DNA of 64,000 nucleotides. Source: Chrysomallon squamiferum. Taxonomy: Eukaryota > Animalia > Mollusca. The DNA lies in contig CM022667.1 in assembly GCA_012295275.1 (NCBI GenBank), positions 21,204,001 through 21,268,000 on the forward strand, in the 5' to 3' direction. Under the pieces are notes generated by a model, which was given only the letters and a program-made list of their open reading frames with translations, did no database searches and was not told the origin of the DNA. Of the stretch, positions 1 to 14,600 are shown piece after piece. A program made the position numbers and the translations under genes. How positions within the stretch are numbered: the first letter of the stretch is position 1; each line of letters opens with the position of its first letter.

Positions 1-3000
1 CCACACCAAAACCATTTCGTGGTGTAGTTGTTCATGGAATCTCACAACCCATGCCATTAGATGACTGCCAGAAGCTTCCATTTCAAGAAGAAATTGAAAA
101 GGCAAGTACAGGCTCGGCTGTATATTGTCTGATTAACTGATTTTTATATTCTTACTTAAAAATAAAATAATAATAAATTACAACAGTAATAATATTCTGA
201 CTACAAATGAAAAAACAAACATATAAGAATTATTCTATACAACATATTTACATTTGCCAGCTCACACACACATCTGTGAAATGTATGAATGTGATAGTTT
301 TCCTGTAGGTGTGTGGGTTTGTTATTGTTTATATGTATAATGAGTGTAAATGTGTATGTATCTTTCTGCATGATACTATTTTTAAAATATGATGATAAAT
401 TAATAAATAATTCAGTCTGTTTCAACAGGTTTATGGTGATGCTCCAAGTGCTGTGCAGTGTTATACATGGGCTGCCATCTTAAGAGGAAGGTCGATTGTT
501 GGAATCTCACCTCCAAGATCAGGAAAAACAGTAGCTTTCCTTCGAGCCATTTTCCATCTGCTCTACTCACCTGGAGCGTATATTGGTGTTCCTCCTGGTA
601 ACGGGGTCTGTATCAAGAGTAAAATATCTGTTTAAGTAATTAATTTTTTCTGTATTTAATGAAAATAATATTTAAGTCAGTGTTTTATGCCTTTATTGAA
701 AAATTAACCAACATCAGATATGCCAACTGTTACAATTTTGGGGTAATAAGTACAGTTTTTACCCCAGACTATGCTATTATGACACACCTATGAGTAACTG
801 CTCTTGAATGTCATTCCAATATAAATTGCTGCAGTGCTGATTCTGGAGTTTTATTATCAGAACATTGTATTGTGTCCACATGAATAAGAGATGAGAGAAT
901 ATCTAAGCGTATCAAGGTAACAAATACACAGCCAGTGAATTTGTTTTTACTTAAATGCATTTTTTAAAATATAATTTCATTCAATTTTGTTGTTTTTAAT
1001 CTAAAATAAGAATTCCAAATCAGTGTTTATTTTAATTCAAGCCTTACCAGACATTTGATTTAGGTGAGTAGCCCTTGACATAAATTAGCTAATAAACATC
1101 AAGGGACTTAGGCTTAAACTGTTGTATTTCTGCTTGGGATTTTCCCTTTAGTTTTAACTACCTGTGACATGAAAATATATAGACATCTTTCCTCTACAAA
1201 TACCTAAAACCAAAAAATGTAAATAATAAAAACCCCAGAAAAAGAACAACAAAATAGAAATCATTTGCTTTGAGCCTTGGGTAACTAAAGTTTTATTCTG
1301 ATCCCAGTATTATATAATATGTTCAGAGTAGATACAGTAGCAGGTAGGTTTATACACACTGAAGGCTGAGTGAAAAATCACGGTGATTAAATATTTTTAA
1401 CTCTTCTTTACCTTCAAGCAGTATTGACAGATATAAGTTTAAAACTGCAAGCCTCTTGCTTACCCTGTCAGCTGAGTGTACTCGTGTGAAGCAGGTTAGA
1501 GGTGTTAAGTCTCATTTTCCAGAATTAGTAATTTTGTTAATAGATCAATATATTTAAACTATTGTAAATAAAGTATAATTACTTTCTAACTTGTAATTAT
1601 AGCCAGCCAAAAATACTGATAAAATTCCAAGAAAATTAATTGATCTGTTAAGAATTTGACCAAAGAAAACATAACCAGCGATGTTCAACTGTTTGAAACA
1701 TGTCTCAATCCACGTGTTTGAAATATGTCTGTCAATCCACTTCAGCTCTTTAGTCCCTGATAAAAGCAAATTTTTGTGCAATCATTTACTTAACAGTACA
1801 ACCAGACTTACTCACACTGTTCAGGTGTCTGTCTGTTAGACCTGTGGTGATTTTTCATTATTGTGGATGGTAATTTCTGAGCAGATTTATTTTTCATATT
1901 CATTTACCAACATTGTATCAGTTTTTTGCTTTCACGTGTACCTTTTCCTTAACTTTTTATCACTATACACAGATACACACATAACACACACACAGTGCAG
2001 TCCTAAACACATGTATATTTTCAATTCTTTTTTAGCCATTAGCGTTGATACTAGTTCCAACATGGAAGAAGGCAGAGTTTGTCTATGATCTTTGCAACAC
2101 AGTGTTTGTTCAGGGACGAAAAAATATGAACATCATTTGTTTGTATGCTGGTGGACGTGAAGCTGAAAATGAGGTAAGAAATGAATAATGATATATTTAT
2201 TCCATTTTGTATCAGCTTCATACAATAAATAACAGAAATAAGTTACAACATTTAAATACCATAATGTGAAGCATAAGTTACTTTAACATCGCATCCTTTG
2301 TTTTTCATAAGAATTTTGTTTTATTTTTATGATTAATTTATTATATTTTAATTTTAATACATTCATAAAAAGAATGGTTTTTTATTATTTTTTCAAACTG
2401 TCGTTTTCACTTTTGACTAACTAGAACATAAACACTGTTATTAGTCTTTTAATTCTGTAATGGAAAATAAATTATGAAACAACTTGTTAGATCAAGAATG
2501 ATTTTTATTTGTTATTTCTGTTTTGATATGTAAAAATGTTGAATTTTTATCCAGAAGATCCTCACAACACATTTCCTCTTATATGTCATTTTGCACATAC
2601 CTTGACAACATTCCTGTTAACATCTTTCTGTTTTGTAGTTACATAATTTTGAGCAGATGAAATGCAAACTGTGAGCAGTGTTTGAACAGCATGTTAATAA
2701 ATGTCATTGAAATTTTTTTGCTGTATATTTATTTTATTGTTATATTGTACAGTATATTTTTTATTACACGTCTGTAGTATATGAAAATGTGGTGTGTCTG
2801 GAATGTTTCTAGTTTATTTATATTAATGTATGTTATTTCATATTCTCTATGTTTTCATGGTCCCAATAATGACATACTGGCAGGCAAGATTTTTCTGACT
2901 TTAATTTCATATAGTATGCAAGAATAATAGCACAAAATGAAAGCTGCAGCAAAAAGAAACAAAGCACACCAAAATTTATGACTATCTCCAGCAGTTCAAA

Positions 3001-6000
3001 AGATATAAACAAATTGGTACAACGGGTATTTTTTCTGTCTTCAACCATATTTTGGCAGATCATCAGAAAAGGCTGACTGTAGTTTGAAAAAACAACTGAT
3101 ACAAAAGACTTAAAATCAACAAGAGTGCTAGGACCAACTTGTTAAATGAGCTCATTTTTTTCAGACCTGTATGTTTGTATGTGTGTCCACAATAACATGC
3201 TAAACATGCCAAAATCTTCTAACATGCGACAGAATGCTCCCAAAATGACTAAACATGCAGACAGACACTGTGGTTTCAGTTTTGGTCTTATTTGAAAAAT
3301 TCAACAACTGCAGTGAACAGTTTTTCAAGATCTTTCAAATGACATACTTGAATCTAACATTTTTAATAAAAAATATTTTTTTTTTTCTTTTTTTTTTTCT
3401 GCCAAGCCCATAAAAAATGACCTTTTCAACTTGAAGTAAAAATGTGAGTCAGTGCACAGCTTGGTCCACAGCAACCATGTATTTTCTGGCACTATAAGCC
3501 CCAAAATTTGAGAAAAGAAGTCAGGGTAGTGTCTTCAAGAATTAATTAGAATTTAACATTTATTTGTTGTTTTTTATAGTTTAAAGAGCAGCTGATCTGC
3601 CATTGCAGCAGTCATTGAAAGAACTTTTTTTTTTTTAATTTGCTTCTTTTTTTATTATTAATAATTTTTTATTTATAGCTTAACATATGTTTGAACTTCA
3701 GATGCATTTTATTCTAAAGTCATTGCATTTTAAAATAGTTAAATGTAACATTTAAAAAAATTTAACAAAGAACCCTAATTGATATGGGTCAAACATCTTT
3801 ATATAGAACAGCACAACTTTATTTACATAAGCAGCTTGAATTTTCACTCTATTAAATAATTAGTAGTAATAAGTTAAGATACTGTGATGTGTATATATCA
3901 TGTATATCTAAATGTTACTTAAAAGTACTACAAGCATTTGATGTTCAGCTATAATCCTCAGCAATACATAAACCCAGCTAATCCTTGGAGTCTATTTCAG
4001 AAAGGTGTTGCAGGTATTAATTAGAGACAATAAAATGTATGTAATCACGAGACTAGTGGCAATTAAAGACACAGGTGTGATAAGTCTGTCATCTGAAGCA
4101 GACATAAAATAATGTTCTTAGCTTTGTACTTGCTGTGATAGACAGCAGACAAGTTACCTGACCATTGTTGACAGTAATTGGCAAACACAATGTTAATTCG
4201 TTTATTTCAGAACGTATTAATATTATATTGAGTAAAAGTCATAACATATAATAAAACCTGCATCCTACTAGATAATAAAAATTTAATCAACATAGAAATA
4301 TAATTATTTCAAATAGCTCCAGTTCTTTTTAGTTGCACATAAAATATGGCAATTTTGCTATGCATGTCCTATAGTGTATATGCTAAAAATAGGAACATTA
4401 AAGAAAAAGATACAGCCAACAAGTTATTAAAAATATAAGCAACATATAATTATAATCATTTTAAACAGCGCCAGACCATTCAAGCTGTTCATAAAATCTG
4501 CGGCGATTTCGCTCTGTAGAAAACGTAATTTCATGGTAATTTCGCTAAGCACGTTCTACTTTCAAATGCAGAGTTTCTCTACGTCATTTGATCCCGCGAA
4601 TGTAGGTTTTATTTTCAGCCAGTCTTTTTTTAAATTGCTTTGAAGGCAAGAAAAATTACATTTTTGGATATAAACCATTCCCAGCGACGACATGCACACT
4701 GTTAGAAAGTACGAACTTTGACCCTCCTATCAGTGCTAAAAATAACATTGAAGCTATTTTCACATAGAAAAGCCAGGCGTTTAGGGAGCAACGCTATTTT
4801 AGGACTTTTTACTCAAAGCTGTTAATTGCATTTACCCCCACCCCGTTTAACACTCATACAAAGGACTGGTTTAACACACAATAAAAAACATCACTATTTA
4901 AAAGAACACATAATGGTTTTCATTTCCATGTATTTGTTTTCTTATTTTATAAAAGGGATTTAGGAGTGGAGGAACGTGGACAAAATCTGAACTTTTAGCA
5001 CTTTGACCAATTATATCGGCAACAATATTGCATGAATAAATTGTATTTTCAAAAGTACTTTTAAATTTTTTTAAAGCAACTTTACAGAAAAAATAATTAA
5101 GGTGACATTTTTTTCTTAATCTGCACAATGCCATTTCTTCCTGGTCACATTTTTTCCATACCCCACTGCCAGTACCTACTTATGCTTAGGTCCCTCATGT
5201 CTGCTATGTGTGTCTCTATGTAAACCAGAGACAATCTGGAGTTGTAATATTTACAAATGCTAATTTCAGATTTCACTTATAAATGGCTGTGAAGTGCTGA
5301 TAGCTACACCACCCTGTCTCCTCCGCATGATAGAGATGAAGAGTACAAATTTAAACAGACTATGTCACTTGGTAAATCATTTTTATCATTCAATTAAACT
5401 GTCATTTGGTTAACAGCTTTTATCATTCAATTAAATTGTCATTTGGTTAAATGGTCACTTGGTTAATATTTTTGTATATTGTTGTTGTTTAAATAATGCT
5501 GTTGTATGGTTTATAATGATAACTGTGAGAAAACAACACTGCTCCATCACTTCAGAGGCTACTCTTTTCAGTGGGCAGTAAGAGATCTTTTATGTGTACA
5601 TTGTCCTTGCTTTGTCAAATCTCTCCACTCTCTGGGCATACATCTTTTAACATTTTTACATCTGGGTAACATTTTAACTGCTAGTTTTTGATTTTATATA
5701 TTTTATAAACCTTTCTAGAGGATTTTGCATAAGTTTGGACATTATTTATGTTAACAATCAGATTGCACACACTCTTATCTCTTAAAAGCATTTCTGTTGG
5801 TTCAAGTGTTGCTTTTGTTACAGGTCCTAGATGAGGCAGACATTTTGACAGAAGAATTTACTTCAGAGGTAATATCCAAACAGATTTTATATGCGATAAT
5901 TTGAGTTTTAGATATGTATATGACTTGTTAACTTTACATGCTCATCTGTCTAAACACAAGCATAATTTTAAACACACTCACAGACACACACACAAACATG

Positions 6001-9000
6001 TATTTCATTAGTATCAAAGAGATGTGTAACAGTTATTGAATGTTTCAGATTCAAAGTGTGATGTCTATATTTGGTGAATCTCGTAAACACAAGAAGTCTC
6101 AGTCTTTGACCACTCAGTTGGTTTTGTTTGGCTCTCAGTGGACTCTTGGTATTGAATCATTCATCAAGTCATTCATGAGTGAGCCTCTCATTGTGGTAAC
6201 ATCACTGTTTGAGGCAGCTGTGTATGGCAAAGTGAAGCAGGTAACAAGCTTGGTATCATGTGTGTCATCACTGAAGAGATTCGATATATCTGTTTTCATT
6301 AACCTACTTCTCTTAATTATGATCTTCAATCTGTTTGTACTCTGTTTTTCTGTTAATCCATCTAAGTAGAGTTTTTTTGTTTGTTTTTCCCACAACATTT
6401 TACTAATTCTTGAGTTTTTCTGATAATTACTCTGTGCACTTTTAACTTTTATAGGTTGTTCATTTGTGTTTGAGTATACAGCATCTTGCCACTGTCAGTT
6501 CTGTAATTAAAGAAATTGGAAAACCAGGAGAAAAGATTATTATTTGCACATCACAAAATGATGATGTTGCATGCATTGAGCAGGTAAATTGTCCACATAG
6601 ACATAGAACTATTTATACACAAATACACTACCAAATGTATATTTGTCAATTCTGTAAACAAATTGTTTTAAATATTAAATAAATGAAAAACAACACAAAC
6701 ATAATAACTGTTACCTTCTCTAATAAAACTGTTTGGACAAACACTTATAAGCTTTTCAGACAAAATAGATTATTATTGTAAATATTCAGCAAGCTTTTTG
6801 TTCAAGTGTTAAACAAGTTAATTTGTTTTCAGGCGTTATCAACAGCAGGGGTTCTTTGTCTGACTGTTGATTCAGAATCCAAGTCACATGTCCTGGAGAA
6901 AACAGTACAGCAGTGGACCACCCTGGACTGTCTAGAATCATACATTGTCCTTGGTAAGACAGAACTGTTAAAATTTGCATACAGTTATACACATTTTTAC
7001 TTTATTTCTTCTTATTTTTCTAGATACTAAACCATATTATTTATTTATTTATATATTTATTTATTTATTTGTTTTTATATTTTTTCTAAACCTTGTTAAC
7101 AACACAAAAAGATAATTAATTTTGTTTTTCTACAGGTTTCTTTAAATGCTGGTTTTCTAGAATATGATAGCCTGACAGCTGGGGCCAGTGCTCTTTATCC
7201 ATGGGCTAATAATTTGTTCTTTTAGAAAAATAATTAACAAATCGGATCATATGTCTTTAAAGATACAATATTAATAGATGATGATTTTCAAACTGCTTTT
7301 ATCATAAACAATTTTTGAAATTGCATCCTCATATGTTGCTTATTACAATACACAGTCACATTTAAAAAAATTTTTTTTTTGGTTTGTTGTTGTTTTAATT
7401 TAATATTTAATATTTTTATTTTCTATAATTATGTTTTAATTAGATACAAAAATATACCATACTGTCACTGCCAAGTGGATTTACAGCCATCGTAGATCAG
7501 TTTTTCTGTTAAAAAAGAAAAATGTATTATTAATGATTTTTGTTCTTTGTCTGTAGTAACAAATGATGACTGTTTGATGGACCTGGCAATTGTGGATGCT
7601 ACTGCAGTGGTTCATTTTGATCTTCCAGCCACAAAAATAAAGTTTGGAGTTCGACTTGGTTCAATGTCTAATTACTTCAGAGATCTCACTTCAGCTGAAA
7701 ATGTACATATTGCAGCACTACATTCTGTTATGTGTTAGTTTAATAATAATATATTTGCTTAAATTTGTTAATTATTTAAAAACAAACAGATGTCAGGAAT
7801 TATTGTTCATTTTGTTTTTATTATATAAATCTGTATTTCAGAAATATAAAAATAAATTGAAATTAACATTTAAAAAAATTATGTCTATTTGCTATAAAGT
7901 GTTAAATATGTGTTGATGATATCTCTCTTTTGTAAGTAAACTAACTTTATTTCATATCTGTTTGCTTGTGTATAACAGTAATCTAGATTTGTAAAAGGTT
8001 TTCAATATTATTTCTAAATACTCAACCCGAACATAACACTTGTATCTGTAAAAACACAGTTTCCTTTAGTCAGTCAGAGTGGATTCATTCATTTGTATCT
8101 CATTAACAACAACAATGCAAAATAATGAGACAGTCAAGCATTAGAGAGACATCTGGTAGCTGTAACCATTCATTAATTTTATTAATTGACTTGCACAGAG
8201 CCCAAGACTGGTAACTTCCCACATCATTGTAGCAGAAGATGAGGACTGTAAGAAAATAAAGAGTTTGATGAAATTTCTGAAGCGCAGTCAATGCAAGATT
8301 CCGTCCCAGCTGGGTGCTTTGGTTTCTGGCATACAGGCGGTATTGACTTGCATTTATTGTTTCATATTCATTATTTATTCTGGGGTTTGTTTTGTATATC
8401 CACAATACAGAATCTATTAATTTTAAAGAAAGAGCAGATAAATTTAATGACAATTTAGTAATCAATGCAAGAAGCATTAAGTTTTTTTATAACCATCATG
8501 CCTTATTTCTTTTCCGTATAAATCTGTATAATATTAAACAAAATAATTACCTTTTTGTTGTTTTTGTTGTTATTTTACAGAAACTAAACAACTGTTACAA
8601 AGTGTTACAAAGTGTTTCCTAGTTACTGGAAATGTCAGCGTATTTTTTTATTTTAACAGGGACAAGATGAAGATAAAAACAGAAAATTGTGCGTGTATCT
8701 TAAGGCTTTTGGAACCTGCATTAAGTATGTGTTTAAGCTTAAGTATTCCTTTCTTCCTGTGTGTGTTGTTTTTATTATTGTTTTTGGTTACTTTTTAAAT
8801 TTTTATTGTGTTTTTATTAGCCTATTTTCGAATAGTGGCAAAGAAAACATTTGTTAAATGTTTTTTTAAAGACAACTCAGTAATTGTATTTGCTGAATAA
8901 GACGTAACATTTTCTCATCATCTGTCTTGTAGATCAGCTGTACATAAAGATTGTTATAATGAGTGAACATATTATAAAACTGCAACTTTCATATGCAGAT

Positions 9001-9689
9001 AATGTAACACCTCTGTTATGAAAAATGCTGTAGATGTGAAATATTTATTTCTGGTTTTGAACAAGAGTTATGAGAATGTTATTTATTATTCCATAGTATT
9101 ATAAAGATAATTGTATTTGCAGGTAACTGTAATAAGCTAATTAATTAGTGATTGTGTCTATTGTCTAAGTTAAACATTGTTTTTATGGAATATTTTTCAG
9201 TAAGGAGAATGAATGTAAAGACAGACATGTTGTGATACCAGGAGAAGATGCTGTAACTGACCTGAGTAACATCAAACTTCCTTCTAGTGGAGAAGTGAAG
9301 GTCTGTACAAGAAACAAATCTGAAAATTAAGCTACATGATTTTAACTTTAGTGCTGAAAAAAGATAATTTTGGGATTGTATTTTTTTTGTTATTTCACTT
9401 GTAACAGAAACTCCCTTATAAAGAAAATTATTTGTTTCTCCTTGTTAACATTTTTTTAATTTTTGCAGGTGCGACTGAATCATATAGAGGATGCTAGTCA
9501 TTTTTACATGCGACTGTTAGAACACAGACATCCAGATGGAAAGATAACAGACTTCACTGGTATCTACCTGGAATTGCTCATGGCAATGGCTCAGTATTTC
9601 CATGTGGGAAAGAACTGCCAGCACCCTAGTAATAATTTACTTCTTTTAAACCCATAATACTTTGAGGGAGAGGGAGAGGGAGAGGGGGG

Positions 9690-9745
<56 letters not shown>

Positions 9746-11592
9746 GAAGCTACTAGTTGCAGAAAAATATGTGTAGCCACTGTTTTAAAATAACATACTC
9801 ATATAAATGGTTAAAGATAGGAAAAAAGTAACAAAAAAAATTATTTTATTTTGTGGTTTTATTTCCTGTCATAATAATTTTTTCCTGTAAGAATTAGTTT
9901 TACTGGGACATCATCATTGAAAGTATTGATTTTTATTGACAACCTAATAATTTCAGTTATCGATTAATTTAAATATATATATTTATTAAGCACAGTTGTT
10001 GAAAATACTGATGTTTTCTAAACCAAAACAAAACAAAATAAATGTTAATAAACAATTGTTAAATATCCTGAACATTTTCTTTTCAGCTGACATCAAAAGA
10101 GGAATGTTGTATGCTCTGCGTGATCAACATAAATCTTACCACAGGTGATCAGTTAACATTATACATGTTCATCCTGCAATGTCCGGAATTTTTTTTTTTT
10201 ACTTAGTTAAATTAACACATTCTTGTGAATTTATATTTTGTTCTCATTTTCATTCCTTTATTCAGGAATTTATTTAAATTCATCACCAGACAGTTGGCTA
10301 TGAATATTTTAACTTTTATTTATTTATTTATATATTTTTTAAATAATAAATTATTAGTTTTAGGCTAAAACATCTGTATTTATAGTGGTAAAATTGATAA
10401 CCACTTAAATTATTACTTACAGTATTAATACAAAATAGCACTTTGGTTGAATCAGTGTTGTATGTAGTTTTAGAGATATAGGCATTTTATTTACTCTGGA
10501 TCACAGTATTTGGCCAGTTGACATAATAAAACAATAGGAAAAAATTTGTACAAATTATATGTACACAACAAATCATAGGACCATTTAAAAATCCACCACC
10601 TCTTCAAAAAAATATTTTAAAAATCTAGGAAAGAAAAATATAACTGACTACTACTTGTAGTCATTTGTTAGAATTTGTTATTTTGTTTTGGTTTTGGTAT
10701 TTTTTTTGGGAGGATAGGTTGTTACCTTTTCATCTTAAACAAATTTTGTAATTGTATAAGTGTTTTTTAATTGCTTGTATTGTAGTTTGGACTTTCAACT
10801 ACAATTTAATGAACTTTTCCTAATATAGGTAAATACATATATTCTGAACATTTGTTATTAACAGAGTTAAAATTCTTGATTTGGAAACAAAAGATGATGG
10901 ACCAAATGACAAAGCCAAGGTAACTTAAACTCTGAATTCTTACAAATACTTTAATTTTATTCAAATGCCTATATGGAGATGTTTGTTATTTGTGTCACTT
11001 TAAAATAATTAGATATAACATTTGATAACGCACACATACAATATAAAATCTGAATTAAAAATGACAATTTATGTTTATACAGTAATAATTACTATTTTAT
11101 TCTTTTTTATTTTCTTTCAATAATATAAAATAATGTTATAATTTTTTTAATCTTGTAATTACAAAGTTCCTATTTATTTTTAATTCAAAATAAATTCAAA
11201 AAGTTTTTTTGATGCAGGTATTTTTTGTGGATGATGGGAAGAAAGATGAAATTTGTATTAAGGATTTGTGGAATTTACCTGATGAACTAGCAGCTTATCC
11301 TTATCAGGTAAGTACTTTGGCCTATTTACATTTATTTTTATCTTGTTTACCTTAAAATAAATAAAATATTACTATTGCTAAATATTTTACCTTTATTTTT
11401 CCAAAATAATTTTATGATTAAATTGTACACAACTGGCAGTTGCAAATTATTTGTTATTATTTGTACGAGTTTGTGTATCAGTCTATGATTAACATGTTTT
11501 ACAGGCTGTGGAAGTGTTCCTTGCTCACATCAGACCAATGGACAAGGATACAGAGTGGACACCAAATGTAAGAAATCTTATAAATTATACTG

Positions 11593-11631
<39 letters not shown>

Positions 11632-14600
11632 ATGTACATACATGCCTGTGTGTTTGTGTGTGTTGAGAGAGAGAGAGAGAGAGAGAGAGCGAGCAAACAT
11701 TTTAAAACTCTAAAGTATGGCAGAATTCATTCTATTGTAAGAGATGCTATCTGTTTTTACAGTCTAATCTTTCATCACTGTCCTATACAAAGGGTTTATT
11801 TACTTTGCTGTATTATCATGTAAAACATCTTCAAGTGTCATTATTTCACAGTAGATAATCATGAAGTTTAATGTTTATAATGTGGATGTTCATAGTTAGT
11901 TTAATATCTATTTGAACTAATTATTATAACAATGAATGTTCGTAATAACAGTTTAATGCATATTTTAACTAATTACTTATCACAGCAGTTTATTTTATAT
12001 TTAAACGAATAACAGCTAATGTTGATAACAGCAATTTGATTGTATTTAAACTACTTACTTGACAGCAGTTTGTGTATTTAAACTACTTACTTGACAGCAG
12101 TTTTGTGTATTTAAACTACTTACCTGACAGCAGTTTGTGTATTTAAACTACTTACCTGACAGCAGTTTGATGTGTATTTAAACTACTTACCTGACAGCAG
12201 TTTGATGTGTATTTAAACTACTTACTTGACAGCAGTTTAATGTGTATTTAAACTACTTACTTGACAGCAGTTTGTGTATTTAAACTACTTACTTGACAGC
12301 AGTTTGATGTGTATTTAAACTACTTACTTGACAGCAGTTTGATGTGTATTTAAACTACTTACTTGACAGCAGTTTGATGTGTATTTAAACTACTTACTTG
12401 ACAGCAGTTTAATGTGTATTTAAACTTACTTACTTGACAGCAGTTTGTGTATTTAAACTACTACTTGACAGCAGTTTGTGTGTATTTAAACTACTTACTT
12501 GACACCAGTTTGATGTGTATTTAAACTACTTACTTGACAGCAGTTTGATGTGTATTTAAACTACTTACTTGACACAGTTTGCAGTTTGACAGCAGTTTGT
12601 GTATTTAAACTACTTACTTGACAGCAGTTTAATGTGTATTTAAACTACTTACTTGACAGCAGTTTGTGTATTTAAACTACTTACTTGAATTTAAACTACT
12701 TACCTGACAGCAGTTTGATGTGTATTTAAACTACTTACTTGACAGCAGTTTAATGTGTATTTAAACTACTTACTTGACAGCAGTTTGTGTATTTAAACTA
12801 CTTGCTTGACACCAGTTTGATGTGTATTTAAACTACTTACTTGACACCAGTTTGATGTGTATTTAAACTACTTACTTGACAGCAGTTTGTGTATTTAAAC
12901 TACTTACTTGACAGCAGTTTAATGTGTATTTAAACTACTTGCTTGACACCAGTTTGATGTGTATTTAAACTACTTACCTGACAGCAGTTTGTGTATTTAA
13001 ACTACTTACTTGACAGCAGTTTGATGTGTATTTAAACTACTTACTTGACAGCAGTTTGTGTATTTAAACTACTTACTTGACAGCAGTTTGATGTGTATTT
13101 AAACTACTTACTTGACAGCAGTTTAATGTGTATTTAAACTACTTACTTGACAGCAGTTTGATGTGTATTTAAACTACTTACTTGACAGCAGTTTGTGTAT
13201 TTAAACTACTTACTTGACAGCAGTTTGATGTGTATTTAAACTACTTACTTGACAGCAGTTTGATGTGTATTTAAACTACTTACTTGACAGCAGTTTGTGT
13301 ATTTAAACTACTTACTTGACAGCAGTTTGATGTGTATTTAAAAACTTACTTGACAGCAGTTTGTGTATTTAAACTACTTACTTGACAGCAGTTTGGTGTG
13401 TATTTAAACTACTTACCTGACAGCAGTTTGATGTGTATTTAAACTACTTACTTGACAGCAGTTTAATGTGTATTTAAACTACTTACTTGACAGCAGTTTG
13501 ATGTGTATTTAAACTACTTACTTGACAGCAGTTTGATGTGTATTTAAACTACTTACTTGACACCAGTTTGATGTGTATTTAAACTACTTACTTGACAGCA
13601 GTTTGATGTGTATTTAAACTACTTACTTGACAGCAGTTTGTGTATTTAAACTACTTACCTGACAGCAGTTTGATGTGTATTTAAACTACTTACTTGACAG
13701 CAGTTTGTGTATTTAAACTACTTACTTGACAGCAGTTTGGTGTGTATTTAAACTACTTACCTGACAGCAGTTTGATGTGTATTTAAACTACTTACTTGAC
13801 AGCAGTTTAATGTGTATTTAAACTACTTACTTGACAGCAGTTTGATGTGTATTTAAACTACTTACTTGACAGCAGTTTTGTGTATTTAAACTACTTGCTT
13901 GACACCAGTTTGATGTGTATTTAAACTACTTACTTGACAGCAGTTTGTGTATTTAAACTACTTACTTGACAGCAGTTTGATGTGTATTTAAACTACTTAC
14001 TTGACAGCAGTTTGTTTACTTACTTGACAGCAGTTTGTGTATTTAAACTACTTACTTGACAGCAGTTTGTGTATTTAAACTACTTACTTGACAGCAGTTT
14101 GTGTATTTAAACTACTTACCTGACAGCAGTTTGATGTGTATTTAAACTACTTACTTGACAGCAGTTTGATGTGTATTTAAACTACTTACTTGACAGCAGT
14201 TTGATGTGTATTTAAAACCTTGACAGCAGTTTGTGTATTTAAACTACTTACTTGACAGCAGTTTGATGTGTATTTAAACTACTTACTTGACAGCAGTTTG
14301 ATGTGTATTTAAACTACTTACTTGACAGCAGTTTGTGTATTTAAACTACTTACCTGACAGCAGTTTGATGTGTATTTAAACTACTTACTTGACAGCAGTT
14401 TGATGTGTATTTAAACTACTTACTTGACAGCAGTTTGATGTGTATTTAAACTACTTACTTGACAGCAGTTTGTGTATTTAAACTACTTACTTGACAGCAG
14501 TTTGTGTATTTAAACTACTTACTTGACAGCAGTTTGATGTGTATTTAAACTACTTACTTGACAGCAGTTTGATGTGTATTTAAACTACTTACTTGACAGC

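Noticed and set aside
8103-8477. 124-aa minus-strand ORF
   Set aside because: Antisense shadow of TDRD12 exon 8199-8339; no recognisable motif.
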